64,000 nucleotides of DNA, from assembly GCA_049320885.1 (NCBI GenBank), contig JBMORA010000001.1, forward strand, positions 44,509-108,508, written 5' to 3'. Numbering within the stretch: position 1 is the stretch's first letter; every line of letters begins with the position of its first letter. The stretch is from Thermodesulfobacteriota bacterium. GTDB lineage: Bacteria > Desulfobacterota > Desulfobacteria > Desulfobacterales > SURF-7. The position numbers were made by a program, and so were the translations under genes. This document shows positions 19,143 through 27,943 of this stretch, piece after piece. The notes below the pieces were generated by a model. The model saw nothing but the letters and a program-made list of their open reading frames with translations, was not told the DNA's origin and ran no database searches.

Positions 19143-20546
19143 CAGCACCCGCAGCTTTCTGGTGATTCCAAGCAGGTACGCATGCTTCCACACCGGACGG
19201 AATCGAAGCCTCCGGGCCAATTGTTGCAGCAGTACATTAGCGGGCCAATACCAGTCTTCGGCGCTGCTCCAGGTCAGCTCGGGATAACAAAACCGGTCGA
19301 CGTCCGTTACATGCTGGATGCCCATGGCCTTGGACAGATAGCAGACCGGCCGTAAAAGCCCTGCCTCATCGGACAGGAGGCCCTCTTTTCTGGCAACGGC
19401 CTCCAGTTCGGTCCCTGGATAAATTCGCATGCCCAGATTGAACAAAACCTGGTTGGGTTTTTTGATCGTTTTGAGGAAAGCGACGGTTTCCCGCATGGTT
19501 TCCTTGGTCTCGCCCGGTCCACCCAGCAGAATGCAGAATAAAAACGGAATCCCGTGTCGGGAATACAATTCGGCGGTATGGGCGATATCGCTTTTTGCAA
19601 ACCGTTTTTTCAGATTCTTCAGCATGACCTCCGAGGCCGAATCGATGCCGACTTCCACCCCGATGCATCCGGACGCCTTCATCAACGCTACAAGGCCTGC
19701 ATGGATACCGCGGGGGCTGGTCATGGCGGACCAGTGGATCCTCAGCTTGCGCCGGACGATTTCCGCGCATATGGCTCTTGCATGCTGCTCCGGAAATGAA
19801 AAAACGCTGTCGACAAAATAGAAATGGGCAACCCCTTGGTCCCGATGCAGCCCCTCGATCTCATCCACGACAGCGGCGGGAGCGCGCAGACGGTAGCGCC
19901 GGCCTTCGACGAGCGGATAACAGCAGTAAATGCAATTGAAGGCGCAGCCGCGCTTTGTCTGAACAGCGGCGTAGCCGCCATGGCGGAGATACGCTTTCAG
20001 ATCGATCAAATCCCAGGCCGGTCTCGCCAGCGCATCCATTTCACTGAATTGCTTTCTATTATTGGTGATGTAACGATTTTCCCGGGCATACACCAGCCCG
20101 GGAACCATGGCAATATCTTCCCCGTTCCGGTGTTTCTGAAGAAACGAAAGAAAGCTTTCCTCCCCTTCACCGACGATTCCATACGAAAGTCCCAGATAGT
20201 GCAAAATCCCTTCCGGGCAACTGGAAAAACCGGCCCCGCCGATGATGATGTCTCGATTGGTTGCATTCTTGACAGTATCAACGACGGTCTTGACTTCTTC
20301 CAGATAGCTCCTTGATCCGATACAAGTGGAATTATCCAGGTTTCTAAGCGATATTCCGATCAGATCAGGCTTGAAGTGCGTTACAGCCTCGCGAACCTCC
20401 TTTTCGCCATGGGCTGCAAAACACAAATCCAGCAATCTCACGGTGTATCCATTCTCCCGGAGTGTTCCCGCGATGTACGCCAGCCCGATGGGCGCCACAG
20501 GAAAAGGCAGCATTTCCCGGCTGGTTGAAATCAGCAAGATCTTCAA
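18996..20546 (-). CDS. B12-binding radical SAM enzyme (lipid-biosynthesis-associated type)
   Basis: KILLISTSREMLPFPVAPIGLAY, GISLRNLDN, QTKRGCAFNCIYC. Probable TTG start at 20546 after GGAGGAAGG. Confidence 0.88.
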   Translation of the reverse strand: MKILLISTSREMLPFPVAPIGLAYIAGTLRENGYTVRLLDLCFAAHGEKEVREAVTHFKPDLIGISLRNLDNSTCIGSRSYLEEVKTVVDTVKNATNRDIIIGGAGFSSCPEGILHYLGLSYGIVGEGEESFLSFLQKHRNGEDIAMVPGLVYARENRYITNNRKQFSEMDALARPAWDLIDLKAYLRHGGYAAVQTKRGCAFNCIYCCYPLVEGRRYRLRAPAAVVDEIEGLHRDQGVAHFYFVDSVFSFPEQHARAICAEIVRRKLRIHWSAMTSPRGIHAGLVALMKASGCIGVEVGIDSASEVMLKNLKKRFAKSDIAHTAELYSRHGIPFLFCILLGGPGETKETMRETVAFLKTIKKPNQVLFNLGMRIYPGTELEAVARKEGLLSDEAGLLRPVCYLSKAMGIQHVTDVDRFCYPELTWSSAEDWYWPANVLLQQLARRLRFRPVWKHAYLLGITRKLRVLLKSDPEKRQQGWQEQQIRQHGDDNGDAGQHTELLHGNKTGKAEHDESG

Positions 20547-20734
20547 GTCCCTTCCTCCCAGTTGCCGTTGAACCAAAGTCCACCCCCAAACCGATTATCA
20601 AACTATCCGGCACCAAAGCAACCATAACTACTCCACCCTGGCCGAAGCGCGCATCTGCGTCCTGCTCCGGCTTGTTCATTTACTTTTCAGGCGTATGGTT
20701 GCATGCTATGGAAAATTTTTTGCTTGATTTTTTT

Positions 20735-20749
20735 GTTTAGCTTGTATAC
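20735..20749. promoter_or_regulatory. Putative MarR operator 1, inside promoter TTGATT-17-TACTAT (20724-20752)
   Basis: GTTTA-GCTTG-TATAC, a near copy of the palindrome at 21241. Confidence 0.6.
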
Positions 20750-20758
20750 TATACTCTC

Positions 20759-21223
20759 ATGAACGCCAAGACCCAAACCATTGCCCAATTGATGCTGCAG
20801 TTTTACCGGATCGTCAACAAGATCACGGAACTGGAAAAAACGCCCTATGATTTCGGTGTCGGCGAAAAACTTTATCCATCTGAAATTCATACGATACAGG
20901 CCATCGGCAACAACAGCGGCATCAACGTTACCGAACTGGCCAAAAATCTCGGCATCACCAAAGGGGGCGCTTCCCAAATGATATCCAAACTCAAGAAACG
21001 TGGCTTCATCAACAAAGTCAGAAGCATGGAAAACGACAAGGAAGTGCTTCTGATCCTGACAGCCAAAGGCCAGACCGCCTACAACGGGCACGAACAATTT
21101 CATGCCGACCTGTATATCGACTTTGTCGCCTACATGAATGATATCAGCCGGGAACAGATCGATATATTTAAAGATATTTTAGAAAAAATAGAGTTTTATG
21201 TGGACCGGTATCGCATAGAATAA
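20759..21223 (+). CDS. MarR-family transcriptional regulator
   Basis: SEIHTIQAIG, VTELAKNLGITKGGASQMISKLKKRGFI, LTAKG winged helix. Confidence 0.92.
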   Translation: MNAKTQTIAQLMLQFYRIVNKITELEKTPYDFGVGEKLYPSEIHTIQAIGNNSGINVTELAKNLGITKGGASQMISKLKKRGFINKVRSMENDKEVLLILTAKGQTAYNGHEQFHADLYIDFVAYMNDISREQIDIFKDILEKIEFYVDRYRIE

Positions 21224-21240
21224 TTTTTTTTGCCATTATT

Positions 21241-21255
21241 GTTTAGTTCATAAAC
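21241..21255. promoter_or_regulatory. Putative MarR operator 2
   Basis: GTTTA-GTTCA-TAAAC palindrome between marR and the next gene. Confidence 0.6.
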
Positions 21256-21279
21256 CTTAATATGAATTGAGCCGACACC

Positions 21280-21969
21280 ATGAGGATCTGGTCACCCACC
21301 CACGGCGAGCCGCCAAACGAAAAATACCGGGAACTGCTTCACCGATTCGGGGACAAACGGAAGAAAACGGTGATTTTTCTTTCCCACTGTATTCTGAACG
21401 AGAACACCCGGTATCCCGGCGGTGCCTGCCGGGCAGGCTGCCTGGCGGAAATTGTTCATCAGTGCATCGACCACGGGCTGGGAATGGTTCAGCTGCCCTG
21501 CCCGGAGCAATCTGCCTGGGGCGGAGTCTCCAAACGGTTGCTGTTGATGGCATATGGTGCCGACGGAACGATTTTATTTACCCTTCGGCAGTTCGCTGTG
21601 CCCTTGATTCGGATTTATTCCCGATGGATGAACGGTCGAATCGCGACCCGAATCGTCCGCCATATCCAGGACTATCTCGATTCCGGCTTCAGCGTTCGGG
21701 GCATCGTCGGCATTGACGGTTCGCCCACCTGCGGCGTCGACAAAATCCTGGATTTCAGGAAATCGTTTGAAGTGCTGGCCTCCATGGATATCACTGCCGT
21801 TACGGCGACGGATGCAGGTAAGGTGGTGCGGGAATGCCTGGTGGATGGGGAAGGTTTTTTCATTCAGGCCCTGCGAACCAAACTGAACCGCAGAAGACTA
21901 TTTATCCCTTTCCTGGGCCACAATCTGATTGCGGAGCTGGCTGGGGAAAAGAGCAATGTGATCCTGTAA
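21280..21969 (+). CDS. DUF523 / 2-thiouracil desulfurase-family Fe-S protein
   Basis: SHCILNENTRY, QLPCPEQ, GIDGSPTCGV, GEGFFI motifs. Confidence 0.75.
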   Translation: MRIWSPTHGEPPNEKYRELLHRFGDKRKKTVIFLSHCILNENTRYPGGACRAGCLAEIVHQCIDHGLGMVQLPCPEQSAWGGVSKRLLLMAYGADGTILFTLRQFAVPLIRIYSRWMNGRIATRIVRHIQDYLDSGFSVRGIVGIDGSPTCGVDKILDFRKSFEVLASMDITAVTATDAGKVVRECLVDGEGFFIQALRTKLNRRRLFIPFLGHNLIAELAGEKSNVIL

Positions 21970-22059
21970 AATGAGGACAAGTACCATGCAGAACATATCT
22001 CGTGCAGAAATGGGCGCTATGCCCCAGGTCAAAGCAGCTGAACGGCCGGGGGTGTCGGA

Positions 22060-22893
22060 ATGAAATGGTTTCCAATCCATCGCACTCCGCCGAAACCGGT
22101 TGATTTCCGTTGCAAATCAGCCCCACAGCACCCCTATAACCATCCCCCGGCAAGCCCTGAGCTATCAGCGCCCTCATACGGAGTCGTCACTCGGGACAGC
22201 AACGGCCAATCCTGGCGCTTGGAATCCCTGCGATGGTACGACAAATGGCTGAAGGGGAAGAATACCGGAATCGAGCAGGATCCGCCGGTCAACATCTGGA
22301 TCATGGGCCGCAACCAGTGGCGGGCGGAAATTGAATGGCCCATCGGTCGTACAAAATATGTCGATCTCTACCTCCGGCCGCAGGGGATGCGCGGAGGCAC
22401 CGGCAGGCTCTGCCAGGAGCGACCCGAAACAGCCGAAAGAAAAATGTCCTATCTGTCCTGGCCCTTTTCTCCCGGAATAATCGGCCGGTCGCAACTGGTC
22501 TACCGCAGTGATATTCTTTGTTCGGAAGTGGAGGTCACCGGGCACATCGTGCTCACCCTATATGCCGCCTGCATCTGGCCGAACGCGAATCGTTTCCTTA
22601 CTGGTCATCGGATTCGGTTGGAAATCGCCTGCACCGAGTCGATTTATCATGATTTCCCCTATGTCCACTTCTCCGCGCTTTCCTGCGGCAAGGTCAGCGT
22701 GATCAGTTCACCGGAATATCCCTCAAAGCTGACCCTGCCGCTGGTGGATTCCAGCCTGGAATTCAACGGCGATGATGCCGGCATCCAATTCGAGAAGCAT
22801 CCATCCAATTATTTCGCCACCAACGGGAAAGCAAGACGATTCGGGTGCGAGAAGGAAACATCCGTGGAGATGCTTGAAAGGAGTGTGCTATGA
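22060..22893 (+). pseudogene. Fragment of a CocE/NonD (X-Pro dipeptidyl-peptidase-like) hydrolase, C-terminal domain only
   Basis: RWYDKWLKG, WRAEIEWP, EVTGHIVLTLYAA, GHRIRLEIA, YPSKLTLP. No catalytic N-terminal domain, and an apparent internal deletion. Confidence 0.65.
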
Positions 22894-23375
22894 CGAATAA
22901 AATGACGAAGTGGGGCTGTGGACCACGATTCGGACTTTATTCCGCTTTCTATTGCATCCTGATGTTCGGTTTGACGATATATTTTGAGCCGCTCTTTACC
23001 ATAGCCTTTATACCATACGGATTTTCGAGATGGCTTGCTATCGCTCCCCTTATCCTGGGAATCCCTTTCTATCTCTTTTCCCTTGTATCCGTTATGCGCG
23101 CCTTTAAAGCCGGTAAGCTCGTTACCAAAGGTGTATATGGTATGTGCCGGCATCCGGTATATTCCGCCTGGATCCTATTTTTCATTCCGGGTCTCGCTTT
23201 GCTTCTCAACTCCTGGGCGCTCTTGTCCGCTTCCGTTGTGCTGTATTTCCTGGCAAGATTCATGGTCAGGGAAGAAGATATGTATCTAGAGATTATGTTT
23301 GGCGAGGAATATTTGAAATACAAATCCGAAGTTCCGGCCATCCTGCCATACGGCTGGCAAACGCGTCACAAATGA
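22890..23375 (+). CDS. Isoprenylcysteine carboxylmethyltransferase / PEMT-family membrane protein
   Basis: LVTKGVYGMCRHPVY, EEDMYLEIMFGEEYLKYKSEVP; hydrophobic; AAGGAG SD. Confidence 0.85.
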   Translation: MTNKMTKWGCGPRFGLYSAFYCILMFGLTIYFEPLFTIAFIPYGFSRWLAIAPLILGIPFYLFSLVSVMRAFKAGKLVTKGVYGMCRHPVYSAWILFFIPGLALLLNSWALLSASVVLYFLARFMVREEDMYLEIMFGEEYLKYKSEVPAILPYGWQTRHK

Positions 23376-23473
23376 GGGCATACCTGATGGGTATGGGAGA
23401 TGGGAGCCTCCTCTACCGGATAAGTCTTTAAAAAAATAGGATCATATCGTCCCAAAAAGATAAGGATCAACAA

Positions 23474-23947
23474 ATGATTACATTAAAAACAATCGTGAAG
23501 GTCAAAGGGATTACGTCAAAGGATATCTATGATTTCATGCTCAATTGCACGGATGCGGACTATCAAAGGTGGTGGGCAGGCACGCACCTGGTTTGCCATA
23601 CGGTGAAACACTATCCCGGCGATATCGGCAACATCATCTATGCAGATGAATTTGTAGGTAAATATAGGGTAAAGGGACACGCCGTCATCACCAGGCTGGT
23701 GCCGTACAGCGAAATGGTCTACCAGATCAAGAAGCTCATCAAATTACCCGCATGGTTCACCATGATATTCGAAGAAGTGGATGACGGTCTCAACATCGTC
23801 CATATCGTGGAGGTGGGGTTCCATGGTATCGGGAGGATCATCGATCCCATCATCCGGTTTTTTCTGAATGATGATTTTGAAAGCGCGTTAAACGCCCATG
23901 CCCATGAAGAATTCCCCAAGTTGGCCAAGATGTTGGCGACGCAATGA
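23474..23947 (+). CDS. Hypothetical protein, possibly SRPBCC/START-like
   Basis: AAGGA SD, AT-richer codon use; alpha/beta pattern with a C-terminal helix AHAHEEFPKLAKML. Confidence 0.65.
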   Translation: MITLKTIVKVKGITSKDIYDFMLNCTDADYQRWWAGTHLVCHTVKHYPGDIGNIIYADEFVGKYRVKGHAVITRLVPYSEMVYQIKKLIKLPAWFTMIFEEVDDGLNIVHIVEVGFHGIGRIIDPIIRFFLNDDFESALNAHAHEEFPKLAKMLATQ

Positions 23948-24076
23948 AATTACCACTGATCCTTCAATGGGCCGTAAACAGGCCGCCTTGACAAGCCTGC
24001 CCGCAGGACAAATGTTATCTCAGTCACCATTACCGGATCACCGGGCATTCATCATACGGCTGCGGAGGAGGATGCC

Positions 24077-24283
24077 ATGATATATCATATTGACGCAATT
24101 ATCGGGAAGTTCGACTATCTGGACAACCGGGCGCTGGGGGAACCTGGCCCCGGCCACCCGGGGAAACAGACGCTCGCCTTGGGCCGGATCCGAAAACGGA
24201 TCAATGGATTGGGCGGCAGCGCCAACAACTATATTCTGAAAAAGATGGGCCTGCAATTGAGCGACATGCTGGACATGCTCTAA
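24077..24283 (+). CDS. Small hypothetical protein
   Basis: Strong GGAGGAGG SD before ATG; 68 aa; no motif recognised. Confidence 0.45.
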   Translation: MIYHIDAIIGKFDYLDNRALGEPGPGHPGKQTLALGRIRKRINGLGGSANNYILKKMGLQLSDMLDML

Positions 24284-24572
24284 AAGACAGCCACGCCTCC
24301 TGAATGGCCCCTCGAAAGCCCCTCCGCGCCTAACCGAAAGAATGGGCCGGCAAGGGGCTTTGGTTTTTCATACGGGGAACCCCGGCCCCGGGGGTTCCCT
24401 TTCTGCCACACGACTCTTCGCCGTCCGCCTCCCATTTGTTTCAAGGCGTAAGTGCTCCGGTGGCAGTTCTCAATTCTCCTACGATGGGTTTTGAAAAAAG
24501 TTGAAGGCTTTTAGCAGCCTATTCAATCAATAAAATAAACCTTGAATCCAATGAATAATCATGGGATATACA

Positions 24573-24606
24573 GGCGTTGGATAAGTCGGCGGACTTATCC
24601 AACGCC
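24573..24606. repeat. Perfect 15-bp inverted repeat (REP-like hairpin)
   Basis: GGCGTTGGATAAGTC-ggcg-GACTTATCCAACGCC. Confidence 0.85.
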
Positions 24607-24641
24607 ATCTTGTGCCCGTCAGGGTGAGATGGTGGGGGGGT

Positions 24642-24776
24642 ATTGCCAGTGATGCCGGCGTGAAGCTTGCCGCCCAGAAACAAGCAGCCTACCTAAAATC
24701 ACAGATGGGCACAATTTTGGGCACCATTGCAGATTTTGAACAAAAAAATAGGCCAGCCGAAACGGCTGACCCATAG
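24642..24776 (+). pseudogene. Probable C-terminal remnant of a tyrosine integrase next to the tRNA 3' end
   Basis: Startless frame IASDAGVKLAAQKQAAYLKSQMGTILGTIADFEQKNRPAETADP*, resembling post-catalytic tails of tRNA-targeting integrases (recalled). Contains the direct repeat TGGGCACM (24706, 24718). Confidence 0.5.
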
Positions 24777-24783
24777 AAATCAT

Positions 24784-24860
<77 letters not shown>

Positions 24861-24974
24861 TGAAAAGAAAATGGCTTTTCGTATCACATGAATTGTGAGA
24901 TTGTCCACAGAAAAGAATTCCCGGCCGTAGCGGGAAAGAAATGGGGATCGATTATCAAGGAAACATCAAGCCGC

Positions 24975-25925
24975 ATGGGAAAAGAAGACAACAAGCAGCC
25001 GAATCAGGATCATACGGGGTCGGAGCCGAATAGGAAAAAAGCCGACCCTGTCTATGACAACAGTCTGGTAAAATTCGACCCGCTCCAGCGCTATCTCACG
25101 GAAATCAGCCAATACCGGTTGCTTACCCGGGAACAGGAACAGGTCCTCGGCAAACGGGTGCAGGAGGAAGGAGATACGGAGGCCGCCTATACGCTGGTGA
25201 CCGCGAATTTGAGGCTGGTGGTGAAAATCGCCCTGGAATTTCAGCGTGTCTGGATGCAGAATCTGCTGGATCTGATCCAGGAAGGCAATATCGGGCTCAT
25301 GCAGGCCGTCAAAAAATTCGACCCGTATAAAAACGTCAAATTCTCCTACTATGCGTCTTTCTGGATCAAGGCCTATATCCTGAAGTTTATCATGGACAAC
25401 TGGCGGCTGGTGAAAATCGGAACCACCCAGGGCCAGCGGAAACTCTTTTTCAAACTGAAAAAAGAAAAACAAAAGCTGATTGAGCAGGGATTCGATCCGA
25501 AACCCAAATTGCTCTCCCAGCGGTTGGGGGTGACGGAACGGGAAATCGTGGACATGGACCAGCGCCTGGACGGCTGGGACGTATCCCTGGATGCCCCTCT
25601 CAAGGAAGATTCCGACACGGAACGGATTGAATTTCTGAGCACGAACTCCGATTCGGCGGAAGAAAAAATGGCAAAAAAGGAGATTGAAACCCTTCTGCAT
25701 AACAAGGTAGAGGATTTCAAGAAAACCTTGACGGATCGCGAACTCGAAATTTTCGAAATCCGGATCTTCTCCGACAAGCCGATAACCCTTCAGGAAATCG
25801 GGGATCAATACGGAATCTCCCGGGAACGGGTCCGGCAGGTGGAAAAAAATATCATGAAAAAGATGCGAGACTTTTTCAAGCGGGAAATCCCTGATTTCGA
25901 GGCCTATACCATCGACAGCGATTAA
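24975..25925 (+). CDS. rpoH: RNA polymerase sigma factor, sigma-32/RpoH family
   Basis: ANLRLVVKIA, DLIQEGNIGLM, NWRLVKIGTTQGQRKLFFKL (RpoH box), ISRERVRQVE. Start reassigned to ATG 24975. Confidence 0.85.
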   Translation: MGKEDNKQPNQDHTGSEPNRKKADPVYDNSLVKFDPLQRYLTEISQYRLLTREQEQVLGKRVQEEGDTEAAYTLVTANLRLVVKIALEFQRVWMQNLLDLIQEGNIGLMQAVKKFDPYKNVKFSYYASFWIKAYILKFIMDNWRLVKIGTTQGQRKLFFKLKKEKQKLIEQGFDPKPKLLSQRLGVTEREIVDMDQRLDGWDVSLDAPLKEDSDTERIEFLSTNSDSAEEKMAKKEIETLLHNKVEDFKKTLTDRELEIFEIRIFSDKPITLQEIGDQYGISRERVRQVEKNIMKKMRDFFKREIPDFEAYTIDSD

Positions 25926-26005
25926 CCGGCGGACGCGCCTGCCGGCCCAATACGTTGTGGATCAATCATTTGTCGTCCGGAACATTCCAGATGCTGACCA
26001 TCCTG

Positions 26006-27943
26006 ATGAAAAACAAATCGTTCCTTTCAATTGTGCATTTCTGGGGCCTGATCTGCGGCCTGCTGGTGAGCGGCTGCATCCATGCACAAAGCCCGGAGGA
26101 ACCCCGGGTGACCGGCCCGGCGGCAAACGGAGGCTCCGGGAACAGTTATTATTTTTACACCACATCTCAATTGCAGAAAAATAACGGGAATTTGACCCAG
26201 GCCCTGGCGGATCTGCAGACCGCCATCCGGCTGGATCCCGAATCCCTTTTCCTGAAAAAAGAACTCGCCCTGATTTATCTCCAGCAGGGTAATACCGATG
26301 AAGCCCTGCCGATTGTGCAGGAAATCCTGAAAAAGAATCCGGACCATGCCGATGCGCTGATCATGATGGGCAGCATCGAGCAGAACCGCCAGAACAACCG
26401 GGCCGCGCAGGAAGCCTATGAAAAGGTTCTTGCGGTCGATCCGAAACAGAAAAGCATCTACCTGGTCCTCGGCACCATGTACATGGAGGAGAACCGTCTC
26501 GACCAGGCCCGGACGGTTTTCGAAAAACTGGTGACCGCCTTTCCGGACGCCTATTTCGGCTATTTTTTCCTCGGAAAAATCCACAAGGACCAGGGGCGGA
26601 TTCCGGAAGCCGAAAAAAATTTCCTGAGAACACTGGAGTTGGAGCCCAAACTGCTGGAGCCGCGTTTCGAATTGATCGAAATGTATGAGAAGGAAGTTTT
26701 TTCCCATATCAAGGCGGCTGATTTCGACATCATCGATATTCAACCAGGCGATACCATTCGGCAAATCGCCCAGAAGCGGTACCGCCATTTCACTCCCCTG
26801 ATTGAATCGGCGGTGATGACCGTCAACCCGACGCTGGTATCCCTGGACGCCATGCCCGTCGGCTTCCGGCTCCGCCTGCCCAAGGCCCGACTCATCGAGG
26901 AGAAAGCCGATCAGGTAGAAAAAATAAGCAAAATCAGCAATATGTATCAGGGAATTCTGGAGGCTGCTCCGGAAAACGACCGGGCAGCCATCGAATTCGG
27001 ACTGTTTTACACAAAAATCGGCCTCACCGAGGAAGCGGAGGATTTCTTCAAACAAATCGCCGAAAAAAGCCTTACGGACCAAAGCATCGCCGACAATATC
27101 GTTTTTCTGTTCTTTGACCAGAAAAAATACAGCGACGCCATTGTCGTGCTGACGGGCATGTTACAGGCCGCGCCGCAGAGTTCCGATCTGAATTATCTAA
27201 CCGGCGCCGCCTATAACCATATGGAAAAATATCATGAAGCCATCGGTTATTTCCAAAAGGTGAAGGCCGACTCCCGGTTCTATGAAAACGCCGTGATTTA
27301 TATCGCCTATATCTATCAAGCCCAGAAAAAAAACCAGGAAGCCATCGATCATCTGCGGCAGGCTATCCAGCAATCTCCCATGAGAACGGAATTTTATCTC
27401 TACCTGGGAGCTTTTTACGAAGAATCGGAGCAGTACGATCAGTCGGAATCGATCCTGAAAGCGGGTCTCGACGTGAATCCCAACAATACCCGGCTGCTCT
27501 TCCGTCTTGGAGTCGTTTATCACAAGTGTAATAAAAAAGACGACTCCATCGCCCAGATGGAAAAAGTCGTCCAGCTGGATCCGGAGGACGCCCATGCCCT
27601 GAATTATCTCGGGTACACCTACCTGGAGCTGAATCGCAAGCTGGATCAGGCGGAAAATTTGATCCGCAAGGCGCTCGAACTCCTGCCGGACGACGGCTAT
27701 ATCACCGACAGCCTGGGATGGCTCTACTTTAAGCGCGGTGAATATGAAAAGGCCGTCGAGATCCTGAGGAAAGCGGCAGACCTGGTGCCGGATGACCCCA
27801 TCATACTGGAGCATCTGGGAGATGCCTATTTAAAAACAGAAAACCCGGAGAAAGCGCTGAAATCCTATCAACAGGCGCTATCCTCCTCCAAGAAAAAGGA
27901 TGCCGCCAAACTTGAGACAAAGATTCAGGCTCTGTCCCGCTGA
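26006..27943 (+). CDS. TPR-repeat lipoprotein with an inserted LysM domain
   Basis: Lipobox LVSGC, many TPRs, ALNYLGY...DSLGWLYF, and LysM-like IQPGDTIRQIAQK...VNP...PVGFRLRLP. Start uncertain (25955-26006). Confidence 0.85.
   Translation: MKNKSFLSIVHFWGLICGLLVSGCIHAQSPEEPRVTGPAANGGSGNSYYFYTTSQLQKNNGNLTQALADLQTAIRLDPESLFLKKELALIYLQQGNTDEALPIVQEILKKNPDHADALIMMGSIEQNRQNNRAAQEAYEKVLAVDPKQKSIYLVLGTMYMEENRLDQARTVFEKLVTAFPDAYFGYFFLGKIHKDQGRIPEAEKNFLRTLELEPKLLEPRFELIEMYEKEVFSHIKAADFDIIDIQPGDTIRQIAQKRYRHFTPLIESAVMTVNPTLVSLDAMPVGFRLRLPKARLIEEKADQVEKISKISNMYQGILEAAPENDRAAIEFGLFYTKIGLTEEAEDFFKQIAEKSLTDQSIADNIVFLFFDQKKYSDAIVVLTGMLQAAPQSSDLNYLTGAAYNHMEKYHEAIGYFQKVKADSRFYENAVIYIAYIYQAQKKNQEAIDHLRQAIQQSPMRTEFYLYLGAFYEESEQYDQSESILKAGLDVNPNNTRLLFRLGVVYHKCNKKDDSIAQMEKVVQLDPEDAHALNYLGYTYLELNRKLDQAENLIRKALELLPDDGYITDSLGWLYFKRGEYEKAVEILRKAADLVPDDPIILEHLGDAYLKTENPEKALKSYQQALSSSKKKDAAKLETKIQALSR

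Noticed and set aside
24300-24370. AAAGCC...CCTAA segment reminiscent of a c-di-GMP-I riboswitch
   Set aside because: Lacks the GGCAAAC...GAAA...GGGACGCAAA first stem.
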